Shown: one piece after another, positions 1-9,825 of the stretch | Position numbering within the stretch: position 1 is the stretch's first letter | Layout: each line of letters opens with the position of its first letter | Assembly (NCBI GenBank): GCA_046344715.1 | Contig: JBKDKX010000015.1 | Location: 10,690-74,689 of the forward strand | Reading direction: 5' to 3' | DNA: 64,000 nucleotides | From: Alphaproteobacteria bacterium | GTDB taxonomy: Bacteria; Pseudomonadota; Alphaproteobacteria; Rickettsiales; SXRF01 | Made by a program: the position numbers and the translations under genes | Notes under the pieces: model-generated | Databases searched by the model: none | What the model was told of the DNA's origin: nothing | What the model saw: the letters and a program-made list of their open reading frames with translations, nothing else

Positions 1-1170
1 GTCACCACGCTGAACCTGCTTAAACTCGTAAATCATGCAGCATTCGCTGATGAAAAGACAGGGAATATTCCTTTGATGCAGGAGGCATTCCGTACGCAGA
101 TGGCCAGCATGGATATGGATGCATTGACGGGCGGTGGCATTGAAAGCCCTGTATTCAAGTTGGTAGATGGCGTGCTTGCTGAGCGTATCGCAAAATCACA
201 ACAAACCATTGCAGAACTGGATGCGTTGCCTTCCACGATGGAGCCGATGGAATTTATGCGTACACGCCAGCGTGCTGAAGCAAGGATTAAAAAATATGAA
301 AAAGATCGCGCCTATTACCAGTCTAATCCTGAAGCCATAAACAAAGCCGTGCGTGAACATCCGCAGGCGCTCACTTCGGGTAAATATCTGCCACTTGGCC
401 GCCTTGCCGTACAGGCGGGCATGATTTCCGGTGATCCGGAAATGGCCAAAGATATGGTGGATGATACGCTGGCCAATGCCGCTGCGCATTCTCTGCTACA
501 TGTGGCTGAGGAGGTGATGAGCACATCCGATGCTGACCTTGCCTTAAATAAGCGTTTTCCGGAGCGCTACCGTTCTAACATCATTGCCAAGGCAACGGAT
601 ACAGCGGTTAGCACTACAGGCATTGAAGAAGTGAAGCTCTTTGATGATGCCACACCGGAACTGGCGCGTATTCAGGCGCTGAAAACTATGCTTTCTGCGC
701 ATTTGCATGAAATGACCAAGCATACGCGTGATGAAAATGGCAACAGCAATCCTCCGTTGGAACAGTTGGCAGATGCGCTTACACAGGTAAAACCACTGGC
801 GCGTAAATACCAATCTGCTGCCATGTCTTTGGCGTATCACTTCCTTGGCGAAGGTGCGGGCCAGGATGATGCGCGTATGCAGAAATTGCGCGAACATCTG
901 GCTGGCATGATGGAAAAAAATGGTATTCCGCTCATGATGCAAAAAGATGAGGCAGATCGCGCGGCAACTGCACTAGCAGAAGAAAGTGCAAAATACCTGC
1001 GTGAAAAAGAAGCAAAAGCTGTTGCCAATGTTAATGCATTGCTTGCTAAAGTTAAGCCGGATGTCGCAAAGGTAATCAGCATGGCGGAGAAATATGCTAA
1101 TGCACCGGCTGATACATTTGTGGAAGCCGCACAACGTCCTGCTGCGACTGCTGTTGGTTTAGGCAAGTAG
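1..1170 (+). CDS. hypothetical helical protein, 5' end outside window
   Basis: Frame open from base 1 to TAG at 1170; no recognisable motif. Confidence 0.75.
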   Translation, partial: VTTLNLLKLVNHAAFADEKTGNIPLMQEAFRTQMASMDMDALTGGGIESPVFKLVDGVLAERIAKSQQTIAELDALPSTMEPMEFMRTRQRAEARIKKYEKDRAYYQSNPEAINKAVREHPQALTSGKYLPLGRLAVQAGMISGDPEMAKDMVDDTLANAAAHSLLHVAEEVMSTSDADLALNKRFPERYRSNIIAKATDTAVSTTGIEEVKLFDDATPELARIQALKTMLSAHLHEMTKHTRDENGNSNPPLEQLADALTQVKPLARKYQSAAMSLAYHFLGEGAGQDDARMQKLREHLAGMMEKNGIPLMMQKDEADRAATALAEESAKYLREKEAKAVANVNALLAKVKPDVAKVISMAEKYANAPADTFVEAAQRPAATAVGLGK

Positions 1171-1173
1171 GAG

Positions 1174-1566
1174 ATGCATATGCGTGTAGTATTTGCAGCA
1201 ACACTGCTTGCGGCGTTTCCTGCCTATGCAGATATTTCGCCTGTTGAAAATCAGTATACTAAAGACCGTGAGCAGGCGATTGCACAGTTTTCACCGGAGC
1301 TTGGCAAGCATTGCTTGAAGGATTTTTCTGATAAAAAGAAAAGGCCTGTGGAACCACTGGGAAGTGCGGCATACAGTGATATGATTTCACGGCAGGTCTA
1401 TAAAACGGTGTTCTGGAATCATTCCGATCGTGGTGTGGCATTTACTTTGCCGGTCAAAGCAGGTGAAGGGACAGCACAAGTATCTGGTGATATTGCCTGC
1501 CTGTATTCGGTGAAAGATGGCAATTTGAAGTTTGAGCTATCACAGCAACTTTTTGGTAAATTCTAG
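1174..1566 (+). CDS. putative secreted protein
   Basis: AGGAG RBS; N-terminal signal peptide ending AYA-D; two Cys. Confidence 0.7.
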   Translation: MHMRVVFAATLLAAFPAYADISPVENQYTKDREQAIAQFSPELGKHCLKDFSDKKKRPVEPLGSAAYSDMISRQVYKTVFWNHSDRGVAFTLPVKAGEGTAQVSGDIACLYSVKDGNLKFELSQQLFGKF

Positions 1567-1570
1567 AGTT

Positions 1571-1735
1571 CGCCATTGCGAGTCCCCGCCTTCGCGGGGA
1601 TAAACTCCGCGAAGCAATCTATTTCTTTTCTTGTCATTTCCGCGAAAGCGGGAATCTTGCTTAAGTAATTCTCCTGCTTTCGCAGGAGTGACAAAGTTGT
1701 GGATTGTTTCGTCGCTTATGCTCCTTGCAATGACG
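1571..1735. repeat. nested palindromic intergenic repeat (RPE/REP-like)
   Basis: Outer arms cgccattgcgag/cttgcaatgacg and cgaagcaatct/ggattgtttcg enclose hairpins tccccgccttcgcgggga, ttccgcgaaagcgggaa and ctcctgctttcgcaggag; lies between convergent genes. Confidence 0.8.
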
Positions 1736-1739
1736 GCTA

Positions 1740-2708
1740 TCAAAAATGCCTGTATCCTGCTTTTTTCAAAGTAAGTTGTGAGCCCTGCGCATCCAGCACG
1801 GAAACTTTATTACCTTTTGTAATTGTACCAATTCTAGTGATTGGAACATGTACTTCCTGTGCTAATGCGGCAATGAGTTTCTCTGCCGATGCAGGTGCAG
1901 TAAAAAGTAGCTCATAATCATCACCGCCAGTAATGATGCGCTCCCACAATTCCGGGTAGCGGCTTACCAGGCGCATGGCAGAATGTGATAGTGGCACAGA
2001 TGGTAAATGGATGGTGGATCCGACCCGTGAGGTGGTGCAGATATGCTCCAAATCTTGCACCAGCCCATCGGAAATATCCATGCAGCTATGGGCGATGCCT
2101 ACCAGTTTCTGGCCAAGCGTTACGCGTGGCTGCGGGAGGAAATAACGCTGCTCTAACTCATCATCACGCTCGAAATTGGGGTTGAGTTCACCGTTGAGCG
2201 ACATCAGGCCGAGTGCGGCATCACCCAATGTACCCGAGACATAAATATCATCGCCAATTTGTGCACCGCTGCGCTTTAGCATTTTTCCTGAATCAATCAG
2301 CCCAAGGGCCGTGAGTGATAATGAAAGCGTACCCAGTGTTTTGGTGGTATCGCCACCGGCAAGGTGAAGTGAAAATTCCTGCTGGTCTTGCTTCAGGCCT
2401 TCGGCGAACCCTTCCACCCAGCGTTCATCCGTGCTTTCAGGCAGGCAGGCGGCAATCAGGTAACAGAGCGGAGTTGCGCCTTTTGCGGCGAGGTCTGAGA
2501 GATTCACCCGCAGTAGTTTTTTTGCAACCAGCGATGCTTCTTCCGTGCCCAGAAAATGAATCCCTTCGCTGATGGTGTCTTTAGTAATGACCAGTTGTTT
2601 GCCAGCGGGTACATCAATCAGTGCAGCATCATCTGTTAAATTCAGGCTGCCGGGAAAACCCGCTGCCAGTGGGGAGAAATAGGTTCGGATGAGGCCGAAC
2701 TCATCCAT
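1740..2708 (-). CDS. thiL: thiamine-monophosphate kinase
   Basis: MDEFGLI, DDAA, NLSDLAAKGA, GGDT, MDISDGL, GGDDYELLFT motifs; follows nusB. Confidence 0.97.
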   Translation of the reverse strand: MDEFGLIRTYFSPLAAGFPGSLNLTDDAALIDVPAGKQLVITKDTISEGIHFLGTEEASLVAKKLLRVNLSDLAAKGATPLCYLIAACLPESTDERWVEGFAEGLKQDQQEFSLHLAGGDTTKTLGTLSLSLTALGLIDSGKMLKRSGAQIGDDIYVSGTLGDAALGLMSLNGELNPNFERDDELEQRYFLPQPRVTLGQKLVGIAHSCMDISDGLVQDLEHICTTSRVGSTIHLPSVPLSHSAMRLVSRYPELWERIITGGDDYELLFTAPASAEKLIAALAQEVHVPITRIGTITKGNKVSVLDAQGSQLTLKKAGYRHF

Positions 2709-3174
2709 AGGTTGCCGCTAAGGTGGAAAGTGCGCCATGCACAAAATCTACTTCCTTGTCAGAAAAGAAGCTGCGTGCCATGCGTGTATATTCATCAATT
2801 ACGATATTGGATTTTATTTCCTTATGGAAAAACATTTCATAAATACCGCATTGCAGGAGGGCAACGAGCAGGTGGCTCATGCGTTCGCGCTTCCAATCAC
2901 TCGTTAGCACTTCATCGAGGCGGGTATTTACTTCATCCATGCGTTCATTCACGCCGGAAAGCAGGGCTTCAAACAAAGGATAATTTGGCTCAAGCGGCAC
3001 GCCCACCATCAGCCGTTGTTCGCTACGGTTGCCGGATAGCTGCTCTTTCAGGGACGCAGTTTCTTTGGCTGCATCACTGGCATCGCCGGTAATCGCACGC
3101 TGGTATAATGCCTGCACAACGGCCATGCGGGCGGCGGATTTTTTTTGCAAAGAAGGGTTTTGTTTAGGCTGCAT
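2701..3174 (-). CDS. nusB: transcription antitermination factor NusB
   Basis: ARMAVVQALYQ, VIDEY, FVHGAL; ribH-nusB-thiL order. Confidence 0.95.
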   Translation of the reverse strand: MQPKQNPSLQKKSAARMAVVQALYQRAITGDASDAAKETASLKEQLSGNRSEQRLMVGVPLEPNYPLFEALLSGVNERMDEVNTRLDEVLTSDWKRERMSHLLVALLQCGIYEMFFHKEIKSNIVIDEYTRMARSFFSDKEVDFVHGALSTLAATYG

Positions 3175-3589
3175 AATGTTTCTTCAGTTCGATTAAACGC
3201 AGGCAGGCTTCGGCCGCATCTTTTCCTTTGTTTCCTTGATGTATACTGGCGCGCACCATGGCTTGTTCGATGGTTTCTACCGTCAGGATGCCGTAGCCGA
3301 TGGCAGCTTTGTGTGTGGTTGCCAGTTCCATGAGGCCGCGTGCGCTTTCACCACACACATAATCATAATGTGTGGTTTCGCCGCGGATGACGCAACCCAG
3401 TGCGATGAAGCCATCGTATTTTTTACTGTCTAAAGCAAAACGAATAGCGGCTGGAATTTCGAATGCGCCGGGCACATGAATTTCTTCAAAGGTCGCACCT
3501 GCTTTGTCCAGTGTTGCTTTTGCCCCTTTAGACAGTTCGTCTGCGATCTCAGTGTAGTATGGAGAGGTAACGATGAGTATATGTGCCAT
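3164..3589 (-). CDS. ribH: lumazine synthase
   Basis: VPGAFEIP, LGCVIRGETTHYDYV, NKG. Confidence 0.97.
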   Translation of the reverse strand: MAHILIVTSPYYTEIADELSKGAKATLDKAGATFEEIHVPGAFEIPAAIRFALDSKKYDGFIALGCVIRGETTHYDYVCGESARGLMELATTHKAAIGYGILTVETIEQAMVRASIHQGNKGKDAAEACLRLIELKKHYAA

Positions 3590-3593
3590 AGAT

Positions 3594-4691
3594 TTATGTC
3601 AGATTGCGTTTGCCGGTGACGCGCAGACCATAGCCTTCAAGGCCTACGATGGGGCGGTCGGAGTTGGTGAGTAGTACCATGTCGCGCACGCCGAGGTCGA
3701 GCAGGATTTGCGCGCCAATACCATAATCGCGCAGGTCGCTTGGCACATAGCCTTCACCTTTGCTGTGTGCGTCGATGCGGCGTTTCACGCTATCTGACAG
3801 GCTGGTGGCGCTCGGCTCGCGGATGAGCAGGAGTACACCGCCTTCTTTAGCAAGTATCTCCAGAGATTTCTGTTTGCTGCTGCCGGATTGCGTATCCCCC
3901 AACACATCGCGCAGCACATCGAGTTTATGCACACGCACGAGTGTGGGTTTGTCGGGTTTGATATCGCCTTTTACCAGTACCACATGCTCAGCGTAATGCA
4001 GCGTGTTAGTGTAAATCATCATGGTAAAATCGCCGCCATACTTGCTCTTAAATGGTGTTTCTACCACGCGCTTAACCAGCTTTTCCGAGCGGCGGCGATA
4101 GGCAATCAAATCGGCAATGGTTGCAATCTTGATGTTGTGCTGTTTGGCAAATTCGATGAGGTCAGGCAGGCGCGCCATGGTGCCATCATCATTCATTATT
4201 TCACAAATCACACCGGAGGGGTTGAGGCCGGCAAGGCGGGCGATATCTACTGCTGCTTCCGTATGGCCTGCGCGCACTAATACACCACCATCCTTGGCAA
4301 TGAGCGGGAAGACGTGGCCGGGTGTGGCAATGTCGCGGGCGTTCTTCGCTGGGTCGATGGCGATCTTGATGGTTTGTGCGCGGTCGGCAGCCGAAATACC
4401 GGTAGTCACACCTTCGCGCGCTTCAATGGAAACAGTAAATGCCGTCTGGTGGCGCGACTGGTTCTCCGGTGACATGAGGTTGAGGCCGAGCTGGCGTGTG
4501 CGTTCTGCCGTGAGAGTGAGGCAGATAAGCCCGCGGCCATGCTTGGCCATGAAGTTCACTGCTTCCGCGTTGGCAAATTGTGCGGGAATAACCAGATCGC
4601 CTTCATTCTCGCGATCTTCGTCATCGACCAGAATGAACATGCGGCCATGCTTTGCGTCTTCAAGTATATCTTCGATGCGTGATAAGGTCAT
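3594..4691 (-). CDS. ribB: DHBP synthase with degenerate GTP cyclohydrolase II C-terminal domain
   Basis: DDEDRENEGD, TTGISAADR, RAGHTEA; C-domain has RDYGIGAQIL but lacks the Zn-binding Cys. Confidence 0.95.
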   Translation of the reverse strand: MTLSRIEDILEDAKHGRMFILVDDEDRENEGDLVIPAQFANAEAVNFMAKHGRGLICLTLTAERTRQLGLNLMSPENQSRHQTAFTVSIEAREGVTTGISAADRAQTIKIAIDPAKNARDIATPGHVFPLIAKDGGVLVRAGHTEAAVDIARLAGLNPSGVICEIMNDDGTMARLPDLIEFAKQHNIKIATIADLIAYRRRSEKLVKRVVETPFKSKYGGDFTMMIYTNTLHYAEHVVLVKGDIKPDKPTLVRVHKLDVLRDVLGDTQSGSSKQKSLEILAKEGGVLLLIREPSATSLSDSVKRRIDAHSKGEGYVPSDLRDYGIGAQILLDLGVRDMVLLTNSDRPIVGLEGYGLRVTGKRNLT

Positions 4692-5266
4692 GACTTAAGC
4701 AGCCTTTCTGCATAACGCGCCATAATGTCAATTTCCAGATTAAGTGTATCACCGATTTTACGGTGTTTAAGAGTGGTATGCTGCCATGTATGTGGGATGA
4801 TGTTCACCCATAAACGGTTGCTTTCCACCTTGTTTACGGTGAGCGATATCCCATCGAGCGTGACAGAACCTTTGGCAGCAATGAAGCGCGAAAAGGCGGC
4901 GGGTACTTCAAGCGTAAGTATTTGTGACCCCCCAGATTCTATCATGCTGGCAATGGCTGCAACGCTGTCTACGTGACCGGTGACAAGGTGCCCATCTAAG
5001 CGATCACCCAGCTTCAGTGAACGCTCAAGATTTACTAAGTCCCCTTTATTCCAGCGCGGAGCGGTGCAGGATAATGTTTCTTGTGAAATATCGGCTGTAA
5101 ACCCACCGGCTACCTTCTCTACCACCGTCAGGCAGCAGCCGTTCACAGCAACTGAATCACCAATGCTCAGATCATCTGCGAACGGGCAGGCAATGGCAAT
5201 ACGCACGTCGCCATGTTTTGCGATGTCGGTGATGGTGCCTGTATGCGTTATGATGCCGGTGAACAT
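4688..5266 (-). CDS. ribE: riboflavin synthase (alpha chain)
   Basis: MFTGII start, GDSVAVNGCCLTV, GHLVTGHVD. Confidence 0.97.
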   Translation of the reverse strand: MFTGIITHTGTITDIAKHGDVRIAIACPFADDLSIGDSVAVNGCCLTVVEKVAGGFTADISQETLSCTAPRWNKGDLVNLERSLKLGDRLDGHLVTGHVDSVAAIASMIESGGSQILTLEVPAAFSRFIAAKGSVTLDGISLTVNKVESNRLWVNIIPHTWQHTTLKHRKIGDTLNLEIDIMARYAERLLKS

Positions 5267-6273
5267 GGTTCAAAAATTTCCAACTGGTCAGGAGGGAAGG
5301 GAATGTAGTCCACTTTTTTCCATTGTTCCAGCAGGTTGAGGGTTTTTTTATCAGCGAACGCATCAAGCCCATCTTCCCCAATGGTAAAGGGGGCTTTGAA
5401 CCAGTAGATGCTATCCACTAAGTAACTGTTTATAAGCGCAGTATTTAATCCTTGCCCAGCCTCCACCAGCAGGCGTGTGATGCCCTTTTCAGTCAATTCC
5501 TCTATGGCGGATTCGAGAGTTGGAGAATCCAAAACCCAGAGAGGTGCAATATTCTTTGACTGTATGAGTTTAGAAGTGGCAGGCAGGCGGTGTTTTCTAT
5601 CCAGTACCACGCGCACAGGTGATTTATGCTCAAGGTTTTGGAGGCGCACAGTAAGAAGCGGGTCATCAGCCAGCACGGTGCCGATCCCGGTAAGCACCGC
5701 ATCAAACTCGCTGCGCAGACCGTGCACTTCGTTACGGGCGGCGTTACCGGTTATCCATTTTTTGCCGCTGTGTGTGGGATAAGCAATTTTTCCATCAGCA
5801 GAGGTTGCAATCTTGAGCGCAATATACGGTCGTTTTTTTTCAACAACGGAAAAGAACCCACGGTTAATTTCTTTCGCTTCCGCTGCGCACATATTTTCTA
5901 CAATTTCAATGCCAGCTTCTTTTAGCTTTGCAATGCCTGCACCATTTACATTTTTATGTGGATCACGGCAGGCGATGACGCAGCGCGCAATACCTGCGCT
6001 AATAATAGCATCAACACATGGGGGAGTTTTGCCGTGATGCGAGCAGGGCTCAAGAGTGACATATAATGTTGCGCCGCGTGCATTAAGATCTGCTTGCGTG
6101 AGCGCTTCGGTTTCTGCATGTGGGCGGCCGCCGCGCGCAGTGCAGCCTTGCCCAATGACCACATTATTTTTTACCACTACTGCACCAACGGATGGGTTTG
6201 GCCATGTCTGGCCGAGGTTGGTTTTGGCAAGCGATAATGCCTGCTGCATATAGGCCATGTCCTGATCAGGCAT
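5248..6273 (-). CDS. ribD: riboflavin deaminase/reductase RibD
   Basis: PNPSVGAV, HAE, TLEPCSHHGKTPPC. Confidence 0.97.
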   Translation of the reverse strand: MPDQDMAYMQQALSLAKTNLGQTWPNPSVGAVVVKNNVVIGQGCTARGGRPHAETEALTQADLNARGATLYVTLEPCSHHGKTPPCVDAIISAGIARCVIACRDPHKNVNGAGIAKLKEAGIEIVENMCAAEAKEINRGFFSVVEKKRPYIALKIATSADGKIAYPTHSGKKWITGNAARNEVHGLRSEFDAVLTGIGTVLADDPLLTVRLQNLEHKSPVRVVLDRKHRLPATSKLIQSKNIAPLWVLDSPTLESAIEELTEKGITRLLVEAGQGLNTALINSYLVDSIYWFKAPFTIGEDGLDAFADKKTLNLLEQWKKVDYIPFPPDQLEIFEPCSPAS

Positions 6274-6281
6274 GGCCTGCC

Positions 6282-6668
6282 TCAGTATTGTTTAGGGAAA
6301 GGTTTGCGCGCGCCGCGCAGCTCAACGTCTGGTACGCCTGATTCAGTTGATGGCGGAATGATAGGCGGGCGTTCGTCTGTAAACGTTCTGGAACGTTTTG
6401 GTTCTGTGCTGTTAGCATCATCCGTATCGTCGTCGTCCTGCGTGAGTTCGCTTTTTTCTGCCTCTATTTCCTGTTGGGTAGAGTCTGTGCTTGCCTCTGT
6501 ATCATTAGTGAAGCACTGCCAGTGGTTGCACCGTTCACCAATCACAGGCATATAACCGCCCACATAGTCTGCCCACCCATGCATGGTCTGGCAGCCAGCA
6601 AGCGAGAGGCAACTTGCCGTGAGGTATACAATGTTACGTATGCTACTCACCTTTGCCACCCAATTCAT
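6282..6668 (-). CDS. putative lipoprotein
   Basis: Lipobox LSLAGC, CNHWQC, acidic tail; fills the nrdR-ribD gap. Confidence 0.6.
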   Translation of the reverse strand: MNWVAKVSSIRNIVYLTASCLSLAGCQTMHGWADYVGGYMPVIGERCNHWQCFTNDTEASTDSTQQEIEAEKSELTQDDDDTDDANSTEPKRSRTFTDERPPIIPPSTESGVPDVELRGARKPFPKQY

Positions 6669-7101
6669 CTACGATATTTTCAAAATCTTTTGCCTCACGG
6701 AAATCACGATATACAGAAGCAAAACGAATATACGCAACCGTATCCACTTTTTTGAGTTCTTCCATCACGGCTTTGCCAATGGTATCAGTGGCGATTTCAG
6801 GTTCACCGGAGCTTTCCAGCTTTTGCGCAATGCGTGTGATGATTTGTTCTACCTGTTCGGTACTGACGGGGCGTTTACGCAGTGCAAGCTGAATGGAGCG
6901 CGCCAGCTTGTCGCGGTCGAACATGCGGTGTTCGCCATTCTTTTTGAGTACGGTGAGCTCGCGCAACTGCACACGCTCGAAGGTGGTAAAGCGTGAATTG
7001 CATTCTGGGCAATAACGCCTGCGGCGGATGGTCAGCCCATCTTCGCTTGGGCGCGAATCCTTCACTTGGGTGTCGTCATGTCCGCAGAATGGGCATTTCA
7101 T
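6643..7101 (-). CDS. nrdR: transcriptional repressor NrdR
   Basis: [31 protein letters not shown]. Confidence 0.98.
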   Translation of the reverse strand: MKCPFCGHDDTQVKDSRPSEDGLTIRRRRYCPECNSRFTTFERVQLRELTVLKKNGEHRMFDRDKLARSIQLALRKRPVSTEQVEQIITRIAQKLESSGEPEIATDTIGKAVMEELKKVDTVAYIRFASVYRDFREAKDFENIVDELGGKGE

Positions 7102-7104
7102 ACA

Positions 7105-8421
7105 TTACCTCTGGTCTAACCCTGAATAGATAGGAAATTGTTTGCACAGTGCTTCCACTTTTGCGCGCACCTGTTTTTCTACTGCGCTGTTGTCGCCGCC
7201 TTTTGCGAGGCCATCAAGTACATCGCCAATTAAATTGCCTATCTGCTGGAATTCAGCTGTGCCAAATCCGCGAGTTGTACCCGCCGGTGTGCCAAGGCGG
7301 ATACCGGAGGTGATAAAAGGTTTTTCCGTATCAAACGGAATGGCATTTTTATTGCAGGTGAGGCCAGCACGCTCAAGGCTTTCTTCAGCGGCTTTACCGG
7401 TGACGCCTTTCGGGCGGAGGTCAACCAGCATCAAATGGTTATCGGTGCCGCCGGTGGTGATGGCAACGCCACGGCTTACCAGCGTTTTGGCAAGTGTCTG
7501 CGCGTTTTCAATTACCTTCTTGCCGTACTCCTTGAATTCAGGCTTTAGTGCTTCGCCGAATGCAACAGCTTTAGCGGCAATCACATGCATGAGCGGGCCG
7601 CCCTGAATACCGGGGAAAATCGCTGAGTTGAATTTTTTACCGAGGTCAGCATCGTTCGATAAAATCATGCCGCCACGTGGGCCGCGCAGTGTTTTATGCG
7701 TGGTGGTGGTGACGACATGCGCGTGTGGCAACGGGTTCGGATATAAACCTGCAGCAACGAGACCAGCAAAATGTGCCATATCCACCATGAGATATGCACC
7801 CACTTCATCGGCAATTTTACGGAAACGGGCAAAATCAATCACGCGCGGATAAGCAGAATAACCGGCAATGATGAGCTTTGGCTTGTGCTCACGCGCGGCT
7901 TTTTCCATGCTGTCATAATCGAGCGTGAGGTCGGATTCTTTAACACCATATGCAACTGCCTTAAACCATTTACCGGATTGGTTCACCGATGCACCGTGTG
8001 TTAAGTGACCGCCCGCAGCAAGTGACATACCAAGGATGGTATCACCGGGCTGCAGCAGCGCGGTAAACACGCCCTGATTGGCTTGTGAGCCTGAGTTAGG
8101 CTGCACGTTGGCATAAACGCAACCAAATAGCTTGCAGGCACGTTCTATGGCCAATGCTTCCGCTTTATCCACTGCTTCGCAGCCGCCGTAATAACGTTTG
8201 CCCGGGTAGCCTTCAGCATATTTATTGGTGAGCACAGAGCCTTGCACGGCAAGTACGGCACGGCTTACGATGTTTTCTGACGCAATCAGCTCGATCTGTG
8301 TTTGCTGGCGGTGGAGCTCTTCTTCCAGTGTAGCAAATACAGCAGGATCAGCGGTTGAGATATCAGCATCAAAAAATGGATTCATGGTGTGGCTTTCAGA
8401 AAGTTTGCGTTGTGCGGTCAT
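7105..8421 (-). CDS. glyA: serine hydroxymethyltransferase
   Basis: [35 protein letters not shown]. Confidence 0.98.
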   Translation of the reverse strand: MTAQRKLSESHTMNPFFDADISTADPAVFATLEEELHRQQTQIELIASENIVSRAVLAVQGSVLTNKYAEGYPGKRYYGGCEAVDKAEALAIERACKLFGCVYANVQPNSGSQANQGVFTALLQPGDTILGMSLAAGGHLTHGASVNQSGKWFKAVAYGVKESDLTLDYDSMEKAAREHKPKLIIAGYSAYPRVIDFARFRKIADEVGAYLMVDMAHFAGLVAAGLYPNPLPHAHVVTTTTHKTLRGPRGGMILSNDADLGKKFNSAIFPGIQGGPLMHVIAAKAVAFGEALKPEFKEYGKKVIENAQTLAKTLVSRGVAITTGGTDNHLMLVDLRPKGVTGKAAEESLERAGLTCNKNAIPFDTEKPFITSGIRLGTPAGTTRGFGTAEFQQIGNLIGDVLDGLAKGGDNSAVEKQVRAKVEALCKQFPIYSGLDQR

Positions 8422-8436
8422 GGTTTATCCTTGTGG

Positions 8437-8871
8437 TTATGACATTTTGGCGATGCGGCCGGCATGTCTGCCGCCTTCGAAGCCTGTGGTTAAAAATGTT
8501 TTGATGCACTCGCGTGCGGTCTGTTCAGAAATCTGGCGTGCACCAAGGCATAATACATTCGCATTATTATGTTGGCGGGCGAGTGCTGCTTGTTCCACCG
8601 TTGAAACAAGTGCAGCGCGGATATGTTTATGGCGGTTGGCAGCCATGCTCATGCCAATGCCTGAGCCACAAATTAAAATGCCTGCGGAATCTGCATTCTG
8701 TTTTATCCAGTCTGCGAGCTTGTTTGCGTAGTCAGGGTAATCCACGGAACTCGTTTCGTTCGGGCCAAGATCGGTGACCGCGCAGTCGAGCAAGGCCAGA
8801 TCCTGTTTCAGGACTTCCTTGAGTTCGACCCCCGCATGGTCACTTGCGATAGCTACTTTTTTATTATTCAT
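8437..8871 (-). CDS. rpiB: ribose-5-phosphate isomerase B
   Basis: SDHAG, VDYPD, CGSGIG, HNNAN, FEGGRH; start placed at MNNKK. Confidence 0.96.
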   Translation of the reverse strand: MNNKKVAIASDHAGVELKEVLKQDLALLDCAVTDLGPNETSSVDYPDYANKLADWIKQNADSAGILICGSGIGMSMAANRHKHIRAALVSTVEQAALARQHNNANVLCLGARQISEQTARECIKTFLTTGFEGGRHAGRIAKMS

Positions 8872-8990
8872 GGCTCGTTGACTGGCACAATTTAACCGGA
8901 TATACCCAGCAAAGGGCAGGGTACACACTATATATAGTCAGTCTTTCTGCCATGTTCGGGCGTTTTACGCAATAAGAAACTAGTAAATTC

Positions 8991-9737
8991 ATGACTTTGC
9001 TTGATGTTTTGGTCTATTTTCTTGCAGGTTTTATAGGTAGTGCCATTAATTCGGTGGCAGGGGGTGGAACATTCCTTACATTTCCGCTACTTATCATGAA
9101 TGGTATGGGAGCGTTGCAGGCCAATATCATGAGCACGATTGCACTGTGGCCGGGCAGTGTGGCCAGTGCGTTTGCGTATAAGAATGAACGTAATGTTGAT
9201 AAGCAGCAACTTACTAAATTTATTATCATCAGCATATTAGGCAGTATCGTGGGCACAGTTACCTTGCTGCTTACACCAGAGCAGACGTTTGAAAGCCTTG
9301 TGCCGTGGCTGCTCCTGTTTGCTACGCTGCTTTTTACCTTCGGGCGGAATTTTGCATTGCCACAGTCCAGCACGCATCACGGCGCATGGCTGGGATTCTT
9401 ACTGCAATTTGGGATCGCGGTATATGGCGGATATTTTGGCGCAGGTATTGGCATATTGATGCTTGCGATGCTCCAGCTGCAGGGCTTTAGCAATATTCAC
9501 CAGATGAATGCGCTCAAGACTATTCTGGGCAGCACTATCAATGCGGTGGCGGTGCTTTTATTTTTATTTTCAGGGAAAGTGATTTGGCCGGTGGCAATCG
9601 TCATGATTGCCGGTGCTTTAACAGGTGGCTACGCAGGGGCAAAATGTGCACTTAAATTTTCACCGGCTAAAGTGAGAATGGTTGTATGTATCATCGGCTT
9701 TGTGATGACTGGATATTTTTTTGCAAAAGAATTCTGA
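8991..9737 (+). CDS. TauE/SafE family membrane protein
   Basis: NSVAGGG, YGGYFGAGIG; multi-TM. Confidence 0.9.
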   Translation: MTLLDVLVYFLAGFIGSAINSVAGGGTFLTFPLLIMNGMGALQANIMSTIALWPGSVASAFAYKNERNVDKQQLTKFIIISILGSIVGTVTLLLTPEQTFESLVPWLLLFATLLFTFGRNFALPQSSTHHGAWLGFLLQFGIAVYGGYFGAGIGILMLAMLQLQGFSNIHQMNALKTILGSTINAVAVLLFLFSGKVIWPVAIVMIAGALTGGYAGAKCALKFSPAKVRMVVCIIGFVMTGYFFAKEF

Positions 9738-9825
9738 CTTCACGCGAAAAAACCATTGAGTCGCAGCCTGTGCTGGCTATAATCAATCCACATATAAAAA
9801 ACACAATACAGCAAGGGCACGGATT

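Noticed and set aside
6270-8990. FMN riboswitch for the rib operon
   Set aside because: No intergenic space or RFN consensus seen
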